The notes: a model not told the origin generated them from the letters alone. Shown: positions 18,794-27,970, numbered from the stretch's first letter. The stretch is 64,000 bases of DNA from Eubacteriales bacterium (GCA_041672465.1 JBAYZO010000004.1:4951-68950), one strand, 5' to 3'. Numbers and translations are program-made.

Positions 18794-19474
18794 TTATTTT
18801 CTGCTCGATTCGGCAAGCGCCTCTATGCGGTTAAAATCCACAAGCGTAATGCTCCCGCGGGAAAGTTTTACCAAGCCTTCCTCCTGAAAATATCTGAGTA
18901 TCCGCGTGATGACTTCCCTTATGCTCCCCAAATGATTGGCGATTTTTTCATGGGTCAGCTTAAGCGTGGGCTTTGAGGTCAGCAGGCTTTCCTCAAGCAA
19001 AAAAGCCGCGATTCTTGTGTCGAGCTTTTTGTTTAAAATCTGGTCCATAAGCCACATAACTTCCGAAAAATGCGAAGCCATAAGGGCGTTGGTGTAATTA
19101 GCCACCGCCGCGGACTCATCCATCAGGGCTTTAAAAACGCCGGCGGGTATTATAAGCAGGCTGAGGTCGGTTTCCGCCGCCACCATTACCTCAAACTGCA
19201 GGCTGGGTATTATGCAGGACGCCGAAAAAAGGCACATATCCCGCTCAAGCAGTCTGAACAGCGTCAGCTCCTTGCCCTCGTCAGAGACGATATAAACCCT
19301 CACTTGACCGCTTGTGACAATAATAAGGCCTATACAGTCGTCCTGCCCGCTATGTATGATGTTTCCCCTGCCGTAATCCCGTTCCTGAAGCGATGAGAGA
19401 AGAAGGTGTTTCTGTTCAGCGGTAAGGTTTTTCCAGAAAGGGAGATAATCGCCAAGCGTTTTGTTTTTTTGCAT
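18794..19474 (-). CDS. Crp/Fnr family transcriptional regulator
   Basis: A cNMP-binding-like N-terminal domain and a C-terminal HTH (THEKIANHLGSIREVITRILRYFQEEG). I prefer the internal ATG at 19474 because GAGGGGAG lies 7 nt upstream. Confidence 0.8.
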   Translation of the reverse strand: MQKNKTLGDYLPFWKNLTAEQKHLLLSSLQERDYGRGNIIHSGQDDCIGLIIVTSGQVRVYIVSDEGKELTLFRLLERDMCLFSASCIIPSLQFEVMVAAETDLSLLIIPAGVFKALMDESAAVANYTNALMASHFSEVMWLMDQILNKKLDTRIAAFLLEESLLTSKPTLKLTHEKIANHLGSIREVITRILRYFQEEGLVKLSRGSITLVDFNRIEALAESSRK

Positions 19475-19637
19475 ACAATGTCTCCCCTCATAATCGCCGC
19501 GCAGCGACATATCCCCGAATATGATTTCTTTATACCGGGAATGTTGAAAAAGCTGTTATTTACCCTGTTATTTTACACCGCTTTTAACTAAAATACAAGT
19601 TTTTTCAAAAAAACGTGTGTGAATTTTTAGTTTTTTC

Positions 19638-20741
19638 TCAGCTATCATTTCCTAAGATATTAATACAAATATCATTCGTTATAGCAAAGCCGTAAACCAC
19701 TCCCACACCTGTGTTAGGATTAAAATTATAATCCTCTTCGCCGCAGGGAATACCGCCAATTTCGATTGCTGTAATCGTATAAGGCGGCTTTCCGGGATAC
19801 AATTCATAGACAGTAAAGTGAAGGTCTTCTCCGTACTCAACAGTTTCTTCATATTCGATAGTACAGATCGTGCCGGAAATCAAAACGTTGTATCTTATTT
19901 TGACGGCGGTTATTTTAACTGTTATATCATCCGTAATATACTGTTTATAAATTAAAAGCCCGCCGTCTTCGTTCCATATATATTCCTCGCCCGCCTCACA
20001 AATTACCCCGCCTATTTTAACCTCCGGTAAAACCCCCACAAAGTTATAACCCGTATCGGGGGTTATGGTAAGGTTAAGGTTGCTCTCAGGCGACGCGGTG
20101 TCGTCCCCCGAAAAACTACAGCCGAGCGCGTCAACTTCAACCGAATAACTCACGGCAGGTTGACTTGAGCCGGGTTCGGAAGGTATGCTCCCTCCGGCGG
20201 GCAAAACAATTCCGCTGTAAACACAGCAACCCTCCTGAGCTTGGCCGTTAAAGGCTTCCTCGGTATAAAAAGCAAAGGCAAAGAGGCGGCTTTTATCGAT
20301 AAGGCACCCTATATCGGTACAGCAGACCTCGCTCCCCGAAAAGCTTATGGGGATGTTTTCCGGTATTCCGTCAAGAACGCTTTCCATGTCTTCTAAAGTT
20401 ACCCCGTCCCCCGACGCTACCCAAAAAGAAAAACGCCCCGCGTCTATGTCATCGCCTTCATACAAAACGATTTCGCGGAGCGTGCCGTCCAAAAGCACAA
20501 AATAAAACCCGGAGCTTTCAAAGACCGTGCCTTCCGGCAGCACGTCCCCTCCGGGTTCTTCAAGAATTTTAGAGTTCAGCAAAAGGAGAGTATCCATTGC
20601 CTCTTTGTGGGCCACGGTTTTTTTCGCGCTTGTCACCACGCCGCCCAGAGAAGAAACAACCACATAGGAGAGTATCGCAATTACCGCAAGAACAATGGTA
20701 AGTTCGGCTATTGTAAAGCCTTTTCTTTGTTTTACCTTCAT
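19638..20741 (-). CDS. Large type IV pilin-like protein with two C-terminal beta-rich repeats
   Basis: A canonical class III signal MKVKQRKG/FTIAELTIVLAVIAIL in a 367-aa product. Two roughly 80-aa repeats share Y-x-V, IGG-x-x-C and IT-x-DI motifs. Confidence 0.7.
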   Translation of the reverse strand: MKVKQRKGFTIAELTIVLAVIAILSYVVVSSLGGVVTSAKKTVAHKEAMDTLLLLNSKILEEPGGDVLPEGTVFESSGFYFVLLDGTLREIVLYEGDDIDAGRFSFWVASGDGVTLEDMESVLDGIPENIPISFSGSEVCCTDIGCLIDKSRLFAFAFYTEEAFNGQAQEGCCVYSGIVLPAGGSIPSEPGSSQPAVSYSVEVDALGCSFSGDDTASPESNLNLTITPDTGYNFVGVLPEVKIGGVICEAGEEYIWNEDGGLLIYKQYITDDITVKITAVKIRYNVLISGTICTIEYEETVEYGEDLHFTVYELYPGKPPYTITAIEIGGIPCGEEDYNFNPNTGVGVVYGFAITNDICINILGNDS

Positions 20742-20781
20742 TTTTTTGTCCCCTTTTTTGGTTTTTTCGCTTTTTGATTAT

Positions 20782-20811
20782 CGCGATTAAAAATTATTAA
20801 CCCGCGATTAA
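20782..20811. repeat. Two copies of CGCGATTAA 21 bp apart in the orphan-pilin leader
   Basis: Copies at 20782-20790 and 20803-20811. The first sits inside the near-palindrome TTATCGCGATTA. Both lie between the predicted TSS and the RBS of the pilin gene. Confidence 0.35.
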
Positions 20812-20826
20812 TAAAAGCTTAAAGGC

Positions 20827-20855
20827 ATTATACCCCATTTTTTTGTAATAATCAA
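20827..20855 (-). promoter_or_regulatory. Sigma-A type promoter of the orphan pilin gene
   Basis: The reverse strand reads TTGATT, 17 nt, TATAAT. Confidence 0.55.
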
Positions 20856-20915
20856 CATATTTTGACAAAAATAACTAAGTTTCCCAATACTCTTTTTTAC
20901 AAATTTTAAAAATAG

Positions 20916-20944
20916 TTGAAAAATTAATAAAAAAGCGGTAAAAT
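20916..20944 (+). promoter_or_regulatory. Sigma-A type promoter of iorA operon
   Basis: TTGAAA, 17 nt, TAAAAT, about 70 nt upstream of the iorA ATG. Confidence 0.5.
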
Positions 20945-21016
20945 ATATTTTATGTTGAAAGCGATTTAAAACAACGCTTTTTACACACTCAAAAGGTTTT
21001 TTGAAAGGATATATTA

Positions 21017-22789
21017 ATGGTAAAGCAAACGCGAACAGAGCTTATGCTCGGAAACTCCGCGGTGGCGCGGGGGCTGTATGAGGCGGGGGTGAGGGTTGTC
21101 TCATCCTACCCCGGCACCCCCAGCACAGAAATCACCGAATGCGCCGCCGTTTTCGGCGAAGAGCCCGTCCGTGACGGAGATACCGGTCTGTACGCGGAAT
21201 GGGCGCCAAATGAAAAAGTGGCGGCGGAGGTGGCGTTCGGCGCGTCCCTTGGCGGGGCGCGGGGGTTTTGCGCCATGAAACACGTGGGGCTTAACGTCGC
21301 GGCGGACCCGGTTTACACTTCTTCTTACACCGGGGTGAACGCGGGGTTTGTCATCGCCGTGGCGGATGACCCGGGAATGCACTCCTCCCAAAACGAGCAG
21401 GATTCCCGCCACCACGCCATAGCGGCGAAAATCCCGATGCTTGAGCCGAGCGATTCGGAGGAGTGCAGGGTCTTTACAAAGCTCGCGTTTGAGCTTTCCG
21501 AAGAATATGACACCCCCGTCCTATTAAGGCTGACCACCCGGGTTTCACACTCGCAAAGCGTAGTTACTCTCTCTGAAAGAGAACATATACCGCTCAGGGA
21601 CTATGTAAAGGACGTTCAAAAAAACGTGATGATGCCCGCCATGGCGAGAAAAAGGCATGTTCTTGTAGAAGAGAGGACAAAAAAGCTTACCGAATACTCC
21701 GAGAACAGCCCGCTGAATAAAATCGAGCGCGGCGGGGATATAGGCATAATAGCCGCCGGATCAACCTATAACTACGCCAAAGAGGCGCTCGGCGGCAGGG
21801 CAAGCTATTTAAAGCTTGGAATGGTCAATCCCCTGCCGGTAAAGCTTATTAAAAGTTTTGCCGCGACGGTAAAAACGCTTATCGTCTGCGAGGAACTTGA
21901 CGACATTATAGAAACCCACTGCAAAAAACACGGGGTTAAAGTGAGGGGAAAGGAGCTGTTTTCGCTTTGCGGGGAATATTCTCAATCGGCAATAAAAAAA
22001 GCGGTTTTAGGGGAAGAAAACGAATACATAACCTTCCCGGAACCCCTCCCCGCCCGACCGCCCGCGCTCTGCGCCGGTTGCCCTCACAGAGGAGTGTTCT
22101 TGGCGCTTAAAGGGTTGAAGGTATATATCTCCGGGGATATCGGCTGTTACACCCTCGCTTCGCAAAAGCCGCTCGCCCAAACCGACCTCTGCCTGTGCAT
22201 GGGGGCGTCGGTTTCGTCTCTCCACGGCTTTAACCTCGCCCGGGGGGAGGTTCAGGCAAAAAAATCCGTGGCGGTAATTGGGGACTCGACTTTTATCCAT
22301 TCCGGGATAACGGGGCTTATAAACATTGCCTATAACAAGGGAATTTCAACCGTTATTTTGCTTGACAACTCAATAACGGGAATGACGGGTCACCAGAACA
22401 ACCCGGCGAACGGGCTTACCTTAAAAGGCGAAAAAACCGTCTCGGTCGATATTATATCTCTTGCCAAAGCCGTCGGGTTCGGTTCGGTTAGCGTAGTGGA
22501 CCCCTATGATGTGGAGACAACCAAAAGCGTTATAGCAAGGGAGCTGCAAAACGATTTTCCCTCACTTATTGTCGCGAGCCGCCCCTGTGCGATTCTTAAA
22601 ACCGTAAAGCGCGGCGCGCCGCTTGTCGTTAACCAAAACTGTACTTCCTGCAGGGCCTGCCTTTCTGTCGGCTGTCCCGCGATATCGCTCACGGACGGCA
22701 AGGCATATATTGACGGCGTTCAGTGCAACGGGTGCGGGATATGCATGTATGCCTGCAAGTTTGGCGCGATAGAGGGGGGAAGAGCGTGA
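21017..22789 (+). CDS. iorA: Indolepyruvate ferredoxin oxidoreductase, alpha subunit
   Basis: 590 aa with TPP-enzyme architecture and two C-terminal 4Fe-4S motifs (CTSCRACLSVGCP, CNGCGICMYAC). Confidence 0.9.
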   Translation: MVKQTRTELMLGNSAVARGLYEAGVRVVSSYPGTPSTEITECAAVFGEEPVRDGDTGLYAEWAPNEKVAAEVAFGASLGGARGFCAMKHVGLNVAADPVYTSSYTGVNAGFVIAVADDPGMHSSQNEQDSRHHAIAAKIPMLEPSDSEECRVFTKLAFELSEEYDTPVLLRLTTRVSHSQSVVTLSEREHIPLRDYVKDVQKNVMMPAMARKRHVLVEERTKKLTEYSENSPLNKIERGGDIGIIAAGSTYNYAKEALGGRASYLKLGMVNPLPVKLIKSFAATVKTLIVCEELDDIIETHCKKHGVKVRGKELFSLCGEYSQSAIKKAVLGEENEYITFPEPLPARPPALCAGCPHRGVFLALKGLKVYISGDIGCYTLASQKPLAQTDLCLCMGASVSSLHGFNLARGEVQAKKSVAVIGDSTFIHSGITGLINIAYNKGISTVILLDNSITGMTGHQNNPANGLTLKGEKTVSVDIISLAKAVGFGSVSVVDPYDVETTKSVIARELQNDFPSLIVASRPCAILKTVKRGAPLVVNQNCTSCRACLSVGCPAISLTDGKAYIDGVQCNGCGICMYACKFGAIEGGRA

Positions 22790-23376
22790 CAAAACATAAT
22801 TATAGCAATTATAATATTATCATAGCCGGCGTTGGCGGGCAGGGCACTTTGGTAGCGTCAAAAATAATGGGGAGGGTGTTTATGTCCCTCGGCCACGGCG
22901 TAAAAGTCAGCGAGGTTCACGGGATGTCCCAGCGCGGCGGGAGCGTGGTCACATATGTCAGGTTTGGCGGGGATATTTTCTCACCCGTTATCGACAAGGG
23001 CGAGGCCGACTTGATTGTGAGTTTTGAGATCCTTGAAGCGGCGAGATGGCTGCCATATTTAAAAAAAGGCGGCGCGATTATCACAAGCGCCCAGAAGATA
23101 AACCCCATGACGGTTATTTCGGGTTCCGCGGCCTACCCGGCGGGTATAAAAGAAAGAATTAAGTCGCTTGGCGTAAACATTCAAAGCCTTGACGCCGCAT
23201 ACCTCGCGGGGGAAGCGGGGTCACGCCTTGCCGTAAATATGGTGCTGCTCGGCGCTGCGGCTAAGTTTTTAAAAATTGATAAAAAAGTCTGGGAAGATAC
23301 AATAAAAGAAACCTTCAGTGAAAAACACACAAAAACCAACCTTAAGGCCTTTGATTTGGGCTACCTTGCGCAATAA
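22786..23376 (+). CDS. iorB: Indolepyruvate ferredoxin oxidoreductase, beta subunit
   Basis: The GTG at 22786 overlaps the iorA stop (GTGA). Contains IIIAGVGGQGT and the pyruvate:ferredoxin oxidoreductase gamma-like fold pattern. Confidence 0.85.
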   Translation: MTKHNYSNYNIIIAGVGGQGTLVASKIMGRVFMSLGHGVKVSEVHGMSQRGGSVVTYVRFGGDIFSPVIDKGEADLIVSFEILEAARWLPYLKKGGAIITSAQKINPMTVISGSAAYPAGIKERIKSLGVNIQSLDAAYLAGEAGSRLAVNMVLLGAAAKFLKIDKKVWEDTIKETFSEKHTKTNLKAFDLGYLAQ

Positions 23377-23390
23377 GGAGGAAAAATAAA

Positions 23391-24686
23391 ATGTTCACCC
23401 CCGAAATCGAATCCGCCGAGAGAGAGCGGCTAAGAGAAATCCAAAGCGAAAGGCTGAAAAAAACGGTCCGCCGCGCCTATGAGAACATTGGGTTTTACAA
23501 AAAACTGTTTGACGAGAGCGGCGTTTCCCCGTATGACGTAAAATCAATCGACGATATTGAAAACCTGCCGTTTACCACAAAAGAAGACCTAAGGGACAAC
23601 TACCCGTTCGGGCTGTTCGCCGTGCCGAAGGACGAGCTTATACGAATTCACGCCTCGTCGGGAACCACAGGCAAGCAAACGGTGGTGGGTTACACAAAAC
23701 ACGACATTGATATTTGGTCGGAATCCGCCGCGCGGGCAATCGCCGCGGCGGGGGGGACAAAAAACGACCTTATACATATAAGCTACGGCTACGGGCTTTT
23801 TACCGGGGGCTTGGGGCTCCACTACGGCGCGGAAAAGCTCGGCGCGGTGGCGCTTCCGGTTTCCTCCGGCAACACAAACAGGCAGGTTCAGCTCATGCGC
23901 GACTTTGGTTCCGACATTTTGTGCTGCACCCCCTCCTACGCCATGTATATAGGCGAGACAATGAAAGAACTTGGTATTTCCCCCGATTCGCTGCCGCTGA
24001 GGGCGGGTATCTTCGGCGCGGAGCCCTGGACGGAGGGAATGAGGGGGGAAATCGAAAAGCTCTTGGGAATAAAGGCCTATGACATCTACGGACTTAGCGA
24101 AATCGCCGGACCCGGAGTGTCTTACGACTGCGAGTGTCAAAACCACCTCCACGTCAACGAGGATTATTTTTACCCCGAAATAATAGATATGGATACGGGC
24201 AAGCCCGCGGGCGACGGCGTTTACGGCGAGCTTGTCTTTACCTGTATCGGAAAAGAAGCCCTCCCCCTCATTCGCTACCGCACGCGCGACATATCGGCGC
24301 TGTTCCGCGGCAAATGCGCCTGCGGGCGGACCACGGTTCGCATGGCAAAGCCAAAGGGACGGTGCGACGATATGCTTATTATCCGCGGCGTAAACGTGTT
24401 CCCGTCGCAGGTCGAGCACGTTCTTACCAAAATGGGTTACGGCGGGAACTATCTCATTGTGGTGGAACGAAAAAACAACCTTGACCAAATGGAGGTAAAG
24501 GTTGAAATAACCGAGGATCTGCTGACCGACACGGTGCGCGGCATTGAAAAAGCGGGTAAAAACTTAGAAAACGCTCTCGCGTCTTTCCTTGGAATCCACG
24601 CCAAAGTCACGCTTGCCGAGCCAAAATCGCTCCCGCGCTCGGAGGGGAAAGCCAAAAGGGTCATAGACAACAGAAAACTAATATAG
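23391..24686 (+). CDS. paaK: Phenylacetate--CoA ligase family protein
   Basis: 431 aa with the AMP-binding motif SSGTTGK and overall PaaK-like length. RBS AAGGAGG. Confidence 0.88.
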   Translation: MFTPEIESAERERLREIQSERLKKTVRRAYENIGFYKKLFDESGVSPYDVKSIDDIENLPFTTKEDLRDNYPFGLFAVPKDELIRIHASSGTTGKQTVVGYTKHDIDIWSESAARAIAAAGGTKNDLIHISYGYGLFTGGLGLHYGAEKLGAVALPVSSGNTNRQVQLMRDFGSDILCCTPSYAMYIGETMKELGISPDSLPLRAGIFGAEPWTEGMRGEIEKLLGIKAYDIYGLSEIAGPGVSYDCECQNHLHVNEDYFYPEIIDMDTGKPAGDGVYGELVFTCIGKEALPLIRYRTRDISALFRGKCACGRTTVRMAKPKGRCDDMLIIRGVNVFPSQVEHVLTKMGYGGNYLIVVERKNNLDQMEVKVEITEDLLTDTVRGIEKAGKNLENALASFLGIHAKVTLAEPKSLPRSEGKAKRVIDNRKLI

Positions 24687-24697
24687 GAGGGAACGCG

Positions 24698-25129
24698 ATG
24701 TTTATCAAACAACTTTCAATCTTTGTGCAGAACGAGCCCGGCAGGCTTTCTGAAATCGCCGGGGTTATCGCGGGCGCCGGGGTGGATATACGGGCGCTTT
24801 CAATAGCCGACACCACAAATTTCGGCATACTCAGGCTTATTGTGGACAAGCCGACGGAGGCGATGGAAGCGCTGGGGAAGCTTGGGCTTACGGTAAAGCT
24901 GACCGAAGTTATCGCCGTTGAGGTAAACGACCGCCCGGGCGAGTTTGCCGGGGCGCTGAGAGTGCTCGGCGACGCGGGGGTGGTGGTCGAGTATATCTAC
25001 GCGTTTTTATCCCGCTCCCCGGGGAAAGCCTGCGTCATTCTCCGCGTGGATGATAACGAAAAAGCCGAGGGTATTTTGCAAAACGCGGGGATAGTGACGC
25101 TGAGAGAAAGGGATTTATACGCGGTTTAA
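24698..25129 (+). CDS. ACT domain protein
   Basis: 143 aa with two ACT-like halves (LSIFVQNEPGRLSEIAGVIAGAGVDI..., IAVEVNDRPGEFAGALRVLGDAGV). This is the usual partner downstream of paaK-like genes. Confidence 0.8.
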   Translation: MFIKQLSIFVQNEPGRLSEIAGVIAGAGVDIRALSIADTTNFGILRLIVDKPTEAMEALGKLGLTVKLTEVIAVEVNDRPGEFAGALRVLGDAGVVVEYIYAFLSRSPGKACVILRVDDNEKAEGILQNAGIVTLRERDLYAV

Positions 25130-25167
25130 CCTATATTATTTGTTTTGAGTTATATGCCCCGCTACCC

Positions 25168-25725
25168 TTAGCGGCAAAAACCTAAAACACTAAGGGCTAA
25201 CTCAATTCTTTCCACAGGCAGGCCTATTACGTTTTCCCTGCTCCCGTTTAGCTTTTCAATAAACCCCGCCCCCTCGTCCTGCGCCCCGTATGAGCCCGCC
25301 TTGTCAAGGGGCGAGCCTGTCTTAACATAGCTTAAAATCTCGCTTTCCGAAAGCCTTCTGAAAGTGACAGCCGTTTTTTCATAGCCCCTTACCGCCCCGC
25401 TTTTAGAAATCAGCGCGAACCCGGTATAAACCTCGTGAGTGTTTTGGGAAAGAGCCCTTAGGGTATTGGCGGCGTCCCCGCTGTCTTTTGGCTTGCCGAT
25501 AATCTTCCCGCCGAAAAACACCGCGGTATCAACCCCCAGCACAACATCCTCGGGGTAAAACTCCGCCACCTCAAGCGCTTTAAAGTAAGCGCTTGCCATT
25601 GTGTACTCGGCGGGGCGGCTTAAATCCGGAACTTTTTCGCGCTTTGCCGGGGAAACCTTAAAAACCCAGCCGTGGCTTTTCAGCAATTCGCACCTTCTCG
25701 GCGAAGCCGAGGCTAAAATCAACAT
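25168..25725 (-). CDS. maf: Maf-like nucleoside triphosphate pyrophosphatase
   Basis: Motifs LILASASPRR, GKPKD and DKAGSYGAQ. I prefer the ATG at 25725, with GGAGA 9 nt upstream, over the TTG at 25746. Confidence 0.88.
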   Translation of the reverse strand: MLILASASPRRCELLKSHGWVFKVSPAKREKVPDLSRPAEYTMASAYFKALEVAEFYPEDVVLGVDTAVFFGGKIIGKPKDSGDAANTLRALSQNTHEVYTGFALISKSGAVRGYEKTAVTFRRLSESEILSYVKTGSPLDKAGSYGAQDEGAGFIEKLNGSRENVIGLPVERIELALSVLGFCR

Positions 25726-25771
25726 AATATATATTCTCCATAACAAAAATTAACTTTTACCGCCAACACAC

Positions 25772-25800
25772 TTGATTACCGTTAAAAATACCGCTATAAT
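25772..25800 (+). promoter_or_regulatory. Sigma-A type promoter of proBA
   Basis: TTGATT, 17 nt, TATAAT. Confidence 0.55.
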
Positions 25801-25852
25801 GCAGATACGAAACAATATAGCATAAAAATAAAAAAAGCAAAGAGGTTTTTTT

Positions 25853-26644
25853 ATGACAGCGAATCTCACTTCGAAAAGACGAATAGTAGTTAAAGTGGGG
25901 ACTTCAACCCTCACCCATGACAGCGGATTTTTAAATATCAGAAAAATCGAAACGCTTGTAAAATGTCTTGCCGATATTCAAAACAGCGGCAGAAGTATAA
26001 TTTTAGTGTCAAGCGGCGCGATAGGCTGCGGGGTGGCGAAGTTGGGCATTGCGGGGAGAGCCCTCACCGTCAGCGAAAAACAAGCGGCGGCGAGCGTGGG
26101 TCAGTGCGACCTCATTGACATATACGACCGCAACTTCTCCCAGTACGGGCATAAGATAGCGCAAGTGCTTATAACAAAGGATATCGTCGACAACCCCGAA
26201 AAGCGGGACTCTGCGTCCGGCACGTTCGAGGCGCTGATTTCCTACGGCTGCATACCCATTGTAAACGAAAACGACACGGTTTCAAGCGAGGAAATAACCT
26301 TTGGCGGCAACGACACGCTTTCCGTTGCGGTGGCGCGGCTCACCGGCGCCGACCTTATAATAAATATGTCCGACGTCGACGGCCTTTATGATAAAAACCC
26401 CCGCACCAACCCCGGCGCCAAGCTTATCGAGCATGTGAGCGAAATAACGGAGGAACTTCTCTCCGGCGCCGAGGGCACGGGTTCGGGTTCAAACCGCGGG
26501 GTGGGCGGCATGAGAGCAAAGCTGCAATCGGCCGCGACCGCCATGAGGCACGGCATACCCATGCTTATTGTAAACGGCGATAACCCGAATATACTCTATG
26601 ATATTTTTGACGGCAACTTTAAAGGCACATATTGCGGAAAATAG
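25853..26644 (+). CDS. proB: Glutamate 5-kinase (short form without PUA domain)
   Basis: 263 aa with an amino-acid-kinase fold (VVKVGTSTLT, VSSGAIG, NENDTV). Confidence 0.9.
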   Translation: MTANLTSKRRIVVKVGTSTLTHDSGFLNIRKIETLVKCLADIQNSGRSIILVSSGAIGCGVAKLGIAGRALTVSEKQAAASVGQCDLIDIYDRNFSQYGHKIAQVLITKDIVDNPEKRDSASGTFEALISYGCIPIVNENDTVSSEEITFGGNDTLSVAVARLTGADLIINMSDVDGLYDKNPRTNPGAKLIEHVSEITEELLSGAEGTGSGSNRGVGGMRAKLQSAATAMRHGIPMLIVNGDNPNILYDIFDGNFKGTYCGK

Positions 26645-26693
26645 CATGAGCGAACAGGAAAAACCTTAAGCTTTGCGAAAGGAGAACAGATAA

Positions 26694-27938
26694 ATGTCAA
26701 TGAAAATGACGGTGACGGAAAAATGCGACGCCTGTAAAAAAGCCGCGCTTACCCTCGCGTCGTCCGACGGCATAAGGCGAAACGCCGTGCTGAGGGACGC
26801 CTCACGGCTGCTTTTAGAAAACAGCGCCGAAATTTTGGAAAAAAACCGCCTTGACCTGTCAAGGGCCGAGGAAAACGGAATAAAAGGGGCGATGGTCGAC
26901 AGGCTCTCTCTCAGCGAAGAACGGATAAACGATATCTGTTCCGCCATAAACGAAATTGCCCACCTCCCCGACCCCATCGGCAAGGGCGAGCGCTGGACTC
27001 TCCCCAACGGGCTTAAAGTACAGCGCGTTTCGGTTCCGATGGGGGTAATAGGCATAATTTATGAGGCGCGGCCGAACGTGACGGCGGACGCCGCCTCGCT
27101 CTGCATTAAAAGCGGCAACGGAGTGGTGCTGAGAGGGGGAAAAGAGGCGGTAAACACCGGCAAGGCGATCGCCGGCTTGTTCAGGCGCGCGGCCGAGGCC
27201 AACATGTTTTCGGGGGATATCGTTCAGTTTATCGACGACATATCGCGGGACTCCGCGACCGAGCTTATGCGCGCCAAAGGGCATTTGGACCTCCTTATCC
27301 CAAGAGGGGGAAAGGGACTTATAAAATCGGTTGCCGAAAACGCCCTTGTGCCTGTCATTGAGACTGGGGCGGGGAACTGCCATATATACGCCGAAAAAAG
27401 CTGCGACATTCAAATGGCGATAAATGTTATCCACAACGCCAAAACCTCCCGCCCATCGGTTTGCAACGCGGTCGAGCATCTTCTTGTTGACCGCGATATA
27501 GCCAAAACCCTCCTCCCCGCGCTGGCGGAAAAATTAAAAACGGTGTCGCTCCGCGGCGGCGATGAAGTTAAAAAAATCCTCCCCAAAATTACCGTTGTGC
27601 CGGACGACGACTTTTTTACCGAATACAACGACTATATACTTTCAATAAAGTTAGTCGATGGAATAGACGAGGCAATTTCCCATATAAACACCCACTCGAC
27701 GGGCCATTCGGAGGCCATTTTGACCTCCGATCTTGAAAAAGCCGATAAATTTACCAAAAACATTGATTCGGCGGCGGTATATGTAAACGCCTCCACCCGC
27801 TTTACCGACGGCGGAGTGTTCGGCTTTGGGGCGGAAATAGGCATTTCCACCCAAAAGCTCCACGCGAGAGGGCCTATGGGGCTGTCAAGCCTCACCACGG
27901 TTAAGTATATTTTAAACGGCTCGGGGCAGATAAGATAA
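26694..27938 (+). CDS. proA: Glutamate-5-semialdehyde dehydrogenase
   Basis: 414 aa with IYEARPNVT, the aldehyde dehydrogenase core, and the catalytic Cys region ASTRFTDG downstream of CNA. Confidence 0.93.
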   Translation: MSMKMTVTEKCDACKKAALTLASSDGIRRNAVLRDASRLLLENSAEILEKNRLDLSRAEENGIKGAMVDRLSLSEERINDICSAINEIAHLPDPIGKGERWTLPNGLKVQRVSVPMGVIGIIYEARPNVTADAASLCIKSGNGVVLRGGKEAVNTGKAIAGLFRRAAEANMFSGDIVQFIDDISRDSATELMRAKGHLDLLIPRGGKGLIKSVAENALVPVIETGAGNCHIYAEKSCDIQMAINVIHNAKTSRPSVCNAVEHLLVDRDIAKTLLPALAEKLKTVSLRGGDEVKKILPKITVVPDDDFFTEYNDYILSIKLVDGIDEAISHINTHSTGHSEAILTSDLEKADKFTKNIDSAAVYVNASTRFTDGGVFGFGAEIGISTQKLHARGPMGLSSLTTVKYILNGSGQIR

Positions 27939-27941
27939 ACT

Positions 27942-27970
27942 CTGTATTTAGCGGGGAGCGCTAAATACAG
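27942..27970 (+). terminator. Perfect 12-bp hairpin after proA (no U tract)
   Basis: CTGTATTTAGCG-GGGAG-CGCTAAATACAG starts 4 nt after the proA stop. No T-run follows, so terminator function is uncertain. Confidence 0.35.

Noticed and set aside
23589-24488. 299-aa minus-strand ORF (plus 122-aa and 116-aa plus-strand alternates) inside paaK
   Set aside because: The Arg/Gly/Val/Pro-rich composition is typical of off-frame reading of a GC-rich gene. I recognise no motifs, and paaK in the annotated frame has clear AMP-binding signatures.
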